Shown here one piece after another: positions 1 to 7,733 of a stretch of DNA of 32,050 bases (the stretch's first letter is position 1; each line of letters begins with the position of its first letter). Below the pieces are notes generated by a model, which was not told the origin of the DNA, searched no databases, and worked only from the letters and a program-made list of their open reading frames with translations. Both the position numbers and the translations under genes were made by a program. The stretch lies in sequence record SRR20825010_3850. One strand, given 5' to 3'.

Positions 1-400
1 TCGCCCGCAAACTCGCAGTCACAATGCATGCCATGCTCACGACCGGCACAGTGTTCAACCGCACCATCGACACAAAAGCCGCGCTGTAATTTATCATTTG
101 CGCTTGCAACTCTGAGCGCGCCGAGACGTCCCTGCCTGCTTGGGTCAGGCCATTCCGATTGATGGCATGCACAGCTGGATCAGCACAGTGCGGTATCCAC
201 CTTGGAAACCTTCCCGCGAAAACCCATCATGCGGTGACTAAATGTCAACCGCGAAGACGACCATGCACCGGGCATACGAGTGCTCAAGGCGCATCACCCC
301 AGATTGCCAAGCTCAAAAAGGTGTTACCACGCCGGAACCGTCGGCATTCCGGACAGTAAAACTTTGCAAAAAAGCTTGCAAAACCGATCGCGATGAGACA
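1..400 (+). mobile_element. Right part of an IS110/IS1111-type element with ~310 bp non-coding right end
   Basis: Transposase stop at 89 is followed by a hairpin-containing non-coding tract (GCGGTGAC/GTCAACCGC 231-252; CCGGAA/TTCCGG 332-352) that ends near 400, where IS6 homology approaches. The boundary is approximate. Confidence 0.6.
3..89 (+). CDS. IS110-family transposase, C-terminal end (5' part outside window)
   Basis: Frame from nt 3 reads ARKLAVTMHAMLTTGTVFNRTIDTKAAL*, the typical 'ARKLAVxxHAML..G..F' C-terminus of IS110 (DEDD) transposases; too short for the ORF track. Confidence 0.8.
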   Translation, partial: ARKLAVTMHAMLTTGTVFNRTIDTKAAL

Positions 401-412
401 ACACCATCATCG

Positions 413-780
413 TCGCGCAACAAGCGCAGAGCAGCCTTCTTGCTGCGTCGGGACTGGACTAGAACATCCAGCACGAACCCGTCCTGATCTACAGCCCGCC
501 ATAGCTAATGCTTGCTTCCTTTGATTGAGACGACAACTTCGTCCAAATGCCATTTGTCGCCGAGCTTGCCAACGGATCGCCGACGGATCCTTCTCGAAAA
601 TTCTTGCCCGAACTTATCTGCCCAAGCGCGCACCGTCTGATGCAACACGATGATGCCGCGTTCTGCCAGAAGATCCTCCACCATCTGCAGGCTCAGCGGA
701 AAGTGGAAATACAGCCAGACCGCATAGGCGATAACATCAGGCGGGGAACGGTGGCGGCTATAAAGGCGAGCGTCAGTCAT
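413..780 (-). pseudogene. IS6-family transposase pseudogene (nonsense mutation, 3' truncated)
   Basis: MTDARLYSRHRSPPDVIAYAVWLYFHFPLSL...WHLDEVVVSIKGSKH* continues in frame after TAG (505-507, W expected) as LWRAVDQDGFVLDVLVQSRRSKKAALRLLR; homology is then lost near 413. Confidence 0.9.
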
Positions 781-814
781 GTCTCCATGTCCCACATCCC
801 GCAGCGGCGGGCCA

Positions 815-829
815 TAACTTTACAATGCC
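815..829 (-). repeat. IS6-family terminal inverted repeat (left end)
   Basis: Minus strand GGCATTGTAAAGTTA, 35 bp upstream of the IS6 start; resembles GGCAxTGT IS6-family ends. Confidence 0.75.
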
Positions 830-908
830 GCCCGCTGGAGCTGAGGCGCGCGTCGCCACGCCTGTGGTGTCGCTTGGATGAATCTCAATCATGTTCTAGT
901 TTCAGACC

Positions 909-2366
909 ATGATGAGGAGAATCGGGGCCGACCGCGTGATTGCCTTCTCGCTGGCGAGAATTCTGGTCCTCGTTGGTGCATTTCTTGCTTTGACAGATCA
1001 AACGACAGCGCAAGACCTGGGCTTCAAAAGCTCTGACGTGATAGCGCCTCAGACTGTCACCAGCGAAGATGTCCGCTCGGCCCTTGAGGAGCTGCTCTCC
1101 TCCTCGGAACCAGTTGCGGAGCCGACAACGGCCGATGATTCCATGGTGGCACTTCGAGAACTTGATATCCTTCTTGCCCCACGCACTCTGGACGAACTCG
1201 ATGAAGAAATGTCGGCGTGGCTGAGTTTGCTTCGCTCTGCCGTGACGGATCTCTCGACCGCCGAGCTCAAACTCTTCGAGCTCAATGCTGCTCAGAACGC
1301 ACAAACCGCAAGCAGTGCCATAAGCGACGCCCGAGGCACACAGGACACGGTGGCCGCACCCCAACTTACGCCCGAGCAGGAAGATTTGATCGGGCAAATT
1401 TCGGCGCTGCGGGAAAGGAGAACGGGTATTTCCGATCGCTTCCGAAAGGTTATCGAAGCATTCGAAGCCAAGGGGGGCGACCCGGACCAGACGACCGAGT
1501 ATCGCGCCTATATCAGCCAGGTCGGCGGCGTAAACGTCGACACTAGTGACCTTGGAACAGCCTGGGTTACTTTGAAGTCATGGGTTACCGCCGAGGATGG
1601 CGGGTTACGCGTGCTTCGACGGACCGGTATCGTGCTGTCCGCAACCCTGGTTGGTGCGGTGATCGGCTGGGTAGCCAGCCTTGCGGCCAATGTCGCGCTT
1701 CAACGAACGAGACTTAGTTCGCGCTTGATGAGAAATTTCCTGCGCCGCTGGATCGCACGATTGTGTGGTCTTGTCGGCCTACTTGTCGGGTTGTCCTGGA
1801 TCGGGACCACCATGACGCCCATTCTGGCGGGGCTCGGCGCCATCGGGTTCATTCTTGCTTTTGCCCTGCAAAATACGATCAGCAACTTCGCCAGCGGTTT
1901 GATGATCCTGTTCCTCCGTCCATTTGACGCCGGCGACGAGATCGAGGCAGCCGGCATTTCGGGGGAGGTCGAGCATGTCTCGCTCTTTTCGACACATCTC
2001 AGCACCTCCGAAAATCGCAAGGTGATCGTGCCGAACAACAATATCTGGGAAGATGTGATCGTGAATTCGACAGAAGCCGACACGCGGCGGCTGTCACTCG
2101 AAGTTGAAGTCAGCGCCGCAAATCACAGTATGCAGGAGTCCGAAGAAATTCTTCGACGGGTAATGTCGGAACACCCCGGCGTCCTTAAAAGCCCGGCGCC
2201 GGACGTAACGCTGAGTTCCGTAGCTGTCGACGGCTATACGTTCACCTGCTGGCCATGGGTTCGTACAATCGAACGAGACAAGATCAGGTGGGGTCTGATT
2301 TCGCGCATCGGTCATGAGCTTGACCTCGTCAAAGGAACGACCAAGGCAGCGAGCGCGATCCGTTAA
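909..2366 (+). CDS. mscS: Small-conductance mechanosensitive channel (MscS family) with N-terminal periplasmic helical extension
   Basis: 485 aa; N-terminal signal/TM segment, helical region, TM segments and the MscS signature GFILAFALQNTISNFASGLMILFLRPFDAGDEI...G.VEHVSLFST...VIVPNN. Confidence 0.9.
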   Translation: MMRRIGADRVIAFSLARILVLVGAFLALTDQTTAQDLGFKSSDVIAPQTVTSEDVRSALEELLSSSEPVAEPTTADDSMVALRELDILLAPRTLDELDEEMSAWLSLLRSAVTDLSTAELKLFELNAAQNAQTASSAISDARGTQDTVAAPQLTPEQEDLIGQISALRERRTGISDRFRKVIEAFEAKGGDPDQTTEYRAYISQVGGVNVDTSDLGTAWVTLKSWVTAEDGGLRVLRRTGIVLSATLVGAVIGWVASLAANVALQRTRLSSRLMRNFLRRWIARLCGLVGLLVGLSWIGTTMTPILAGLGAIGFILAFALQNTISNFASGLMILFLRPFDAGDEIEAAGISGEVEHVSLFSTHLSTSENRKVIVPNNNIWEDVIVNSTEADTRRLSLEVEVSAANHSMQESEEILRRVMSEHPGVLKSPAPDVTLSSVAVDGYTFTCWPWVRTIERDKIRWGLISRIGHELDLVKGTTKAASAIR

Positions 2367-2485
2367 TTTCACGAAGCCCAATCCCTGCCTATAAGTCCGG
2401 TTCGTATTCATAATTCGTAGGTGTTCCATGAGACAATCACCTGCGTGCTTTTGGGTTCGAAGCGTGTCAATCGGCATTGAAGTTT

Positions 2486-4157
2486 GGCTCTGACTCAATT
2501 TTGGTGCAGTTTCGATGCCCATCCTTGTCAGGACGCTTCAACGAGCCGGGCTCTGAGCAGATCGATGTTCGCCCGGCCATACATCTGGCGCTTGAGGGTC
2601 TTGAGGCGGTTTATCTGTCCTTCGGTCTGCCCGTTCGACCATGGTTCCCTCAGGGCTGCGGCGACCGCAGCCTGATCCCGCCGCAGTCCGCGGGCGAAGG
2701 CACCGAGCAGGCTCTCTTCGGCTTCATCCAACCATGTATCCAATGCGTTTTCGCGAGCATTGCGCACCATGTCTGTGAACCGCTCCGTCAGCCCGCGGGC
2801 TGTGGCAAGGGCAGGTAACGCGGTCTCGATCCTTGCAACCTGGATGGCATCGGCCTTGCTCAGGTGATTCCGGCCCACGGTCAGGAGGCGGGCAATCCTG
2901 CGCGCGGGCGGTGGTTTTCCTGTTCCCGAAGGCACGGTCTGCTCGGCACGGCGCTGGCGTGTCGCCCATTCTCCGACGACACGAAGGCTGCCCTGGAAAC
3001 CGTCGGCTCGCAACCGGCGCCAGAGTTCAGCGCCGTTCCGGCAGCCGCCCGCCCACTCTTGTTCCAGCCTCAGCAACCAAGGGGTCAGGCTGCTCTCGCG
3101 AATACGGAAAACGTCTTCGCGTTCGCCGCGGATGATTTGGCGGACCAGGCCGCGGCTCAGCCCGGTCAAGCGGACAATTCTCCGGATCGGAATACCGCCA
3201 TTGGCCATCTGGCGAACCATTTGATTGGTCTGCTGGCGGCGCTGGAAGCCCTCGTATTGCAGCCTTTCCGCCGCCGTCAGCAGCTTTGGATCAAGTGTCT
3301 TCGCGCCGGTCGCCTTACGGATGGCAGGCATGTTCCGCTGAACCGCAGCCAGGAACGCCGCGCTCGCGTTCTCCAAAAGGTGCCAACGATCTGCAACTTG
3401 AACCGCCCGAGGCAAGGCGCGAGAGACGGCGCCGCCATACCCTCCGTTGCGGTCGCGGGCGACGATCTCGATCTCAGGGCGGGCCCGCAGCCAGGCCTCG
3501 ACCGTGGCAGGTTCCCGATCCGGCAGCAAGTCGATGACCCGACGCCGCTCCAGGTCGCAGATCAAAGTGCCGTATCGCTGCCCTTTGCGCCACGCCCAGT
3601 CGTCGATGCCGACGACGCGGAGCTCGCTGGTCGCGGCCTCGGTCGTGTCTCGAACGCTCCGCAGGAACGTGTCCTTGCTGGCCGGCAGAAGGAGCCGTCC
3701 GGCAAGCGCTTGGGCGGGGCGTCCGCCGAGAGCAAGGCCCAAATGGCGGACCAGCCCTTGCAGGCGAGACGTGCGCCGCGCATGAGGCCGGGTTACGGCA
3801 GGCGAAAACCGTTCCGCGAAAATTTTGGCGGGGCAATGCGTGGCTCGGCATCGAAATCGCCGGACCAACAAGATCAGCTCCACCTTCCGGCCGTGCGCGG
3901 GAAGATCGGCCGGGCGGCGGCGATATCTGCTGTGGACGTGGCGCGAAATCGTGCCACACTGCGGACAGGCCACCGCGGTTTTGGTGGAACGGGAGTGGAC
4001 CCGGATTGTGTTCCCAACCAGTTCGACCTGTTCGGCCTTGAGACCCGCGGGCAGAAAATCCCGTCGAGAAAACCATGACGTCATCGACAATCTCCTCCTA
4101 AGATTGTCAAAATATAGCGTCGGCATGCCGGAACTGCACCAAATCTGCGTCAGAGCC
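2486..4157 (-). mobile_element. ISL3-family insertion sequence (1672 bp)
   Basis: Terminal IRs GGCTCTGACTCAATTTTGGTGCAGTT (from 2486) and GGCTCTGACGCAGATTTGGTGCAGTT (minus strand, from 4157) enclose one transposase. Flanks TGAAGTTT and AATCTTGC are not a direct repeat. Confidence 0.9.
2528..4084 (-). CDS. ISL3-family transposase
   Basis: Zinc finger CPQCG...RRFRC...C, VVGIDDWAWRKGQRYGTLICDLE, ARDR, VADRWHL, SNGQTEGQINRLKTLKRQMYGR. ATG 4084 lies inside the IR and has an AGGAG RBS. Confidence 0.93.
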   Translation of the reverse strand: MTSWFSRRDFLPAGLKAEQVELVGNTIRVHSRSTKTAVACPQCGTISRHVHSRYRRRPADLPAHGRKVELILLVRRFRCRATHCPAKIFAERFSPAVTRPHARRTSRLQGLVRHLGLALGGRPAQALAGRLLLPASKDTFLRSVRDTTEAATSELRVVGIDDWAWRKGQRYGTLICDLERRRVIDLLPDREPATVEAWLRARPEIEIVARDRNGGYGGAVSRALPRAVQVADRWHLLENASAAFLAAVQRNMPAIRKATGAKTLDPKLLTAAERLQYEGFQRRQQTNQMVRQMANGGIPIRRIVRLTGLSRGLVRQIIRGEREDVFRIRESSLTPWLLRLEQEWAGGCRNGAELWRRLRADGFQGSLRVVGEWATRQRRAEQTVPSGTGKPPPARRIARLLTVGRNHLSKADAIQVARIETALPALATARGLTERFTDMVRNARENALDTWLDEAEESLLGAFARGLRRDQAAVAAALREPWSNGQTEGQINRLKTLKRQMYGRANIDLLRARLVEAS

Positions 4158-4290
4158 AATCTTGCATGCCGGTTCACAGACTGGACGCAAGCAGGTCGCG
4201 AAAGAAATTGAGATCTGGTCAAGGGCGAGGATCTGAGCCTCCCCCTTTGAAGTGGTCCGGCCCTATGATTAGGAAACCGGAGGACCAGAG

Positions 4291-4569
4291 ATGGCGATTA
4301 AGAGACCCAAGCCCGAAGAGATTGTAGTGAAGTTGCGGCAGGTTGAAGTTCTGTTGGGGCAAGGCATGGCCCGGATTGATGCGATCAGACAGATCGGGGT
4401 GACTGAACAAACCTATTACCGTTGGAAGAAGAAATACGGTGGAATGGGCACGGAACAACTCAAGGAACTGAAGCGGCTACAGAAAGAGAACGAGCGTCTT
4501 CGGCGGGCTGTTTCCGAGCTGACGTTGGATAAGCTGATCTTGAAGGAAGCGGCTTCGGGAAACTTCTGA
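4291..4569 (+). CDS. IS3-family transposase OrfA (HTH)
   Basis: 92 aa, [19 protein letters not shown]...[17 protein letters not shown]...[10 protein letters not shown] (HTH plus leucine zipper); GGAGG RBS. Confidence 0.92.
   Translation: MAIKRPKPEEIVVKLRQVEVLLGQGMARIDAIRQIGVTEQTYYRWKKKYGGMGTEQLKELKRLQKENERLRRAVSELTLDKLILKEAASGNF
4557..4563 (+). other. Programmed -1 ribosomal frameshift heptamer G-GGA-AAC
   Basis: X-XXY-YYZ motif phased to OrfA codons (TCG GGA AAC TTC TGA); a -1 slip joins OrfB. Confidence 0.8.
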
Positions 4570-5417
4570 GCCCCTCTCGCCGCCGTGCTTGTATCGATCA
4601 CTTGCGCAGTCAGATGAAGCTTTCGGAGCGCCGTGTGTGCCGCGTTCTGGGACAGCATCGCTCCACTCAGCGACGGCTGCCGAAGGGGCGTGCTGATGAG
4701 GAACGTCTGGTTGCCGACATGATCGAGCTGACACACCAGTATGGCCGATACGGCTATCGCCGGGTTGCAGCCCTGCTGAGGGAAGCAGGCTGGCAGGTGA
4801 ACGACAAGCGTGTCGAACGGCTGTGGCGTCGGGAGGGGCTGAAAGTGCCAATGAAACAACCTAAGAAGGGGCGGCTTTGGCTGAACGATGGATCATGCGT
4901 CCGGCTGCGGCCTGAGCATCGCAATCACGTCTGGTCATATGACTTCGTGCATCATCGAACGGACGATGGCAGAGCGTTCAGGACACTAAACATACTGGAT
5001 GAATACAGCCGGGAATGTCTGGCGATCCGGGTCAAGCGGAAACTGAACTCGACCGAGGTCATCGATGCGCTGACGGACCTGTTCATCCTGCGTGGCGTGC
5101 CAGCCTATATCAGGTCGGATAATGGCCCGGAGTTCATCGCCGAAGCCGTGCGAAACTGGATCAAAGCCGTCGGTGCCAAGACGGCCTACATTGAGCCAGG
5201 GTCCCCTTGGGAAAACGGATATTGCGAGAGCTTCAACGGGCGAATGCGCGACGAGTTGCTGAATGGAGAAATCTTCTACTCACTCCGCGAGGCGCAAATC
5301 ATCATCGAAGAATGGAGGAAGCACTACAACACCAAGCGGCCACACAGTGCTCTGGGGTACCGCCCACCAGCACCAGAAGCCATCGTCCCGATGGACCAAA
5401 GGCCGACCATGCACTAA
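4560..5417 (+). CDS. IS3-family transposase OrfB (DDE integrase core), expressed through a -1 frameshift
   Basis: [45 protein letters not shown]. The -1 frame is open from the slippery site at 4557-4563. Confidence 0.92.
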   Translation, partial: KLLSPSRRRACIDHLRSQMKLSERRVCRVLGQHRSTQRRLPKGRADEERLVADMIELTHQYGRYGYRRVAALLREAGWQVNDKRVERLWRREGLKVPMKQPKKGRLWLNDGSCVRLRPEHRNHVWSYDFVHHRTDDGRAFRTLNILDEYSRECLAIRVKRKLNSTEVIDALTDLFILRGVPAYIRSDNGPEFIAEAVRNWIKAVGAKTAYIEPGSPWENGYCESFNGRMRDELLNGEIFYSLREAQIIIEEWRKHYNTKRPHSALGYRPPAPEAIVPMDQRPTMH

Positions 5418-6139
5418 CTTTCAAACTGGACCACTCAAATGGGGCTGCTCAGATCTCATCCGAGGATCAGCTGGCTTTCTCCAGCATTGTCGAGGACGAG
5501 CTCATCGGACTTCATGCGGGAAACTTCGCGAGGTATCAGCTGCGCCCGTCGGAATTCACCGCATGGCAAGACGCGTGGAACTCGCAATAAAAAGGGGATA
5601 TCCAAGATAACTGGTGAAACCCGGGCGTGCCCGCAAAATCCGAACATCAAAAAATCTGGTTGAAAAGACCTGAGGCCTCAAGCCTTCTCGGCAATAATAT
5701 CCTCGGCAGCGGTCCTTCGCTGCGCGTCGTACCATTTCACACAAACCTGCCGTCGGCCAAGTAGACCGACCTGAATAAGGCTGTCAGGCGGCGAGTTTGT
5801 TGACCTGATCTGTTCGACCGAGCGCGATTTCCGCGTCAGCGATTGAGTAGATTCGACAGATCAGCCGGATTAAATGGCGCAAGACAGCCCTCAGGTGCCT
5901 GAGGATCATACGAATGTTTTGCCCGCATTATCTTCGGGCCTAATTAGGTCGGACTACAAAAAGCTTGAATAACAGTTTTGTTCGGGCGACGGTCCGGACG
6001 TGCTCAACGTCGGCTGGGAAGTTCGGCTGTCGAGAGGCTTTGGGCCTATCACCGCAGGTGATAGTTGACGGCCCAACGGCGCGCCTCTCGCGCTGGTCAT
6101 GATCCCCGCGCTCCGATAAGCAAGCAAAGGAACATTCCC

Positions 6140-6394
6140 ATGGGAACCCAAATTGTCGCTCTACTGATCATGTTGCCCATTGCCTCGGTCTTTATTTATG
6201 CGGGAATCCACGAATACCGGCGCTATAAATCAGACGGCCGATCGAACTACGGGCTTGTTTACGACGAAGAAACCGGGACGACCCACGTGACCGGAATTTC
6301 TGATCAAAAAGACAGCTACAACCCTGATGATTTCGATCCCAATGACTACAGCGAACCGGAAATCAGGAGAGAGACCGTCAATGACAAAGAGTAG
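6140..6394 (+). CDS. Small single-TM hypothetical protein with acidic tail (84 aa)
   Basis: AAGGA RBS before ATG 6140; hydrophobic N-terminus IVALLIMLPIASVFIYAGI, then a basic patch and a D/E-rich tail. Confidence 0.7.
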   Translation: MGTQIVALLIMLPIASVFIYAGIHEYRRYKSDGRSNYGLVYDEETGTTHVTGISDQKDSYNPDDFDPNDYSEPEIRRETVNDKE

Positions 6395-6471
6395 AGCTTG
6401 GTAATGTCAACAAGGCGACTGTGTTGCAGAGATCAACGACAGCTCGGAACGCGCCCGACCCAAGACGGATT

Positions 6472-7047
6472 TCAGGCGGTGCGTTCGAAATTGGGGCGGC
6501 CAAGTCGTGTCATTCGGTTGAGTATGCCGACGCCAATCTTGGCCTCTGTTTTCTGATTTTCGAAGCCGCGCGCCTTTAGCTTTGGTCCGATGACCGTCTT
6601 CCAGCGCCCCATGAGAGTCTCAACCCGGCTGCGTTGATTGTAGCCAGTGGCCTTCTGCCATGCCATCCGTCCACGGGCTGTGATGTCGGCAATATGGCAG
6701 TCACGTGCCGTCGGATCTTTGGCCTCATTGGTGCTCAGGATCGCGTTTTTAGGAGGTGGAATTGTAACTTCGATCGTCGACCCGAACCGAGCGGCAAGCA
6801 GGTCAGATGTTGGGTCTCCGTCGTAAGCTCCATCCCCTAGAAATTGAGAGACCGGGCCGTCGACCTGGTCCAGCAGGTCCGGCAGCGCTGTCGGGTCGCC
6901 GATGTCGTCTTTGGTAATATCCGAGCAAACGATCTCCCCGCTGGCAAGATCAAGACCGAGGTGCAGTTTCCGCCAAGAGTGCCGTTTTCGCTTGGTTTTA
7001 TGCTTTTTCTCCAGCCATTCACCCTCGCCGAAGATCTTCAGGCCGGT
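6472..7047 (-). pseudogene. IS5-family (IS903-like) transposase, N-terminally truncated
   Basis: TGLKIFGEGEWLEKKH...WRKLHLGLD...GDGAYD...IPPPKNA...GYNQRSRVET; the expected upstream VDS and N-terminal third are missing. An IR-like ACTGTGTTGCAGAGATC lies at about 6418-6434. Confidence 0.88.
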
Positions 7048-7107
7048 GCGACAGTGCAAAAAAGTTTGCGACACAACCTATGGAACTGCTCGCCGACCGC
7101 ATCATTA

Positions 7108-7695
7108 TCAAATGCTGAGACAACGGTCTTTCCCTTTCAAGGTGGTGATGCCGACGGGCAGGGTGGCGGATTGGAGCCCCCCAGCAAAGCGGCGCCAGCG
7201 GAGACGATAAAGTTCCGCAGCTTTTTCCAAATCAGCCACACCATCTGCATCGATCTTACGAACCGCGTGGCCAGGGCTTCCAACGACCAGGGTGTTGTCG
7301 GGGACCTCTTTGCCTTCGGTGACCAGCGCGCCTGCGCCAATTAGGCAGCTTTTGCCAATCTTGGCGCCATTGAGGATGGTCGCGCCCATGCCTATCAACG
7401 TGCCGTCACCGATGGTGCAGCCGTGGATCATCGCGCGATGCCCGATGGTGCAGTTGACACCAATATGGATGGGGAAGCCGGGATCGACATGCAGCACGCA
7501 GTTGTCCTGAACATTCGACCCTGTGCCCAAATAGATAGTGGCATCGTCGGCGCGCAGGACGGCACCAAACCAGATGCTAACGTCGGCCTCGATCTGCACA
7601 TCGCCGATTAGCACAGCTGTGGGCGCGACGAAGGCTTCGCCCGTGGTGGGGCCACGCGGGCCGATGTTGTCCAAAGTGAATAAATGTGTGGTCAT
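7108..7695 (-). CDS. Gamma carbonic anhydrase family / hexapeptide-repeat protein (YrdA/CaiE/PaaY-like)
   Basis: IWFGAVLRADD, SNVQDNCVLHVD, IGHRAMIHGC (three His ligands), hexapeptide repeats; ATG 7695 with AGGAGA RBS. Confidence 0.9.
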   Translation of the reverse strand: MTTHLFTLDNIGPRGPTTGEAFVAPTAVLIGDVQIEADVSIWFGAVLRADDATIYLGTGSNVQDNCVLHVDPGFPIHIGVNCTIGHRAMIHGCTIGDGTLIGMGATILNGAKIGKSCLIGAGALVTEGKEVPDNTLVVGSPGHAVRKIDADGVADLEKAAELYRLRWRRFAGGLQSATLPVGITTLKGKDRCLSI

Positions 7696-7733
7696 TGTTG
7701 CATCTCCTACGCTGTACCGGATCGCCCATGGAC

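Larger units (their letters stand above)
4234..5451 (+). mobile_element. IS3-family insertion sequence (1218 bp; probably IS407 group) with 4-bp TSD
   Basis: TG...CA ends; IRs TGAGCCTCCCCCTTTGAAGTGGTCC and TGAGCAGCCCCATTTGAGTGGTCC (minus); GATC duplicated at 4230-4233 and 5452-5455. Confidence 0.95.
4158..5590 (+). pseudogene. C-terminal remnant of a probable Fic-family gene, interrupted by IS3 and 5'-truncated at ISL3
   Basis: Joining 4159-4233 to 5456-5590 gives an open frame ...GRKQVAKEIEIWSRARI|SSEDQLAFSSIVEDELIGLHAGNFARYQLRPSEFTAWQDAWNSQ*. The LHxGNFARYxLRPSEFxAW tail is recalled from Fic-family proteins; the Fic catalytic motif itself is absent. Confidence 0.6.

Noticed and set aside
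159-487. Short ORFs of 66 and 81 aa
   Set aside because: They lie in the IS110 non-coding end and the IS6 antisense strand; no RBS or protein-like features.
2864-4078. 404-aa plus-strand ORF and other ORFs overlapping ISL3
   Set aside because: Antisense shadow of a very GC-rich transposase gene; no recognisable motifs.
7048-7073. GCGACA motifs as the partner end of the tni transposon
   Set aside because: Wrong side and orientation to enclose the tni genes with the 27004 end, and no ATGAAACT repeat nearby.
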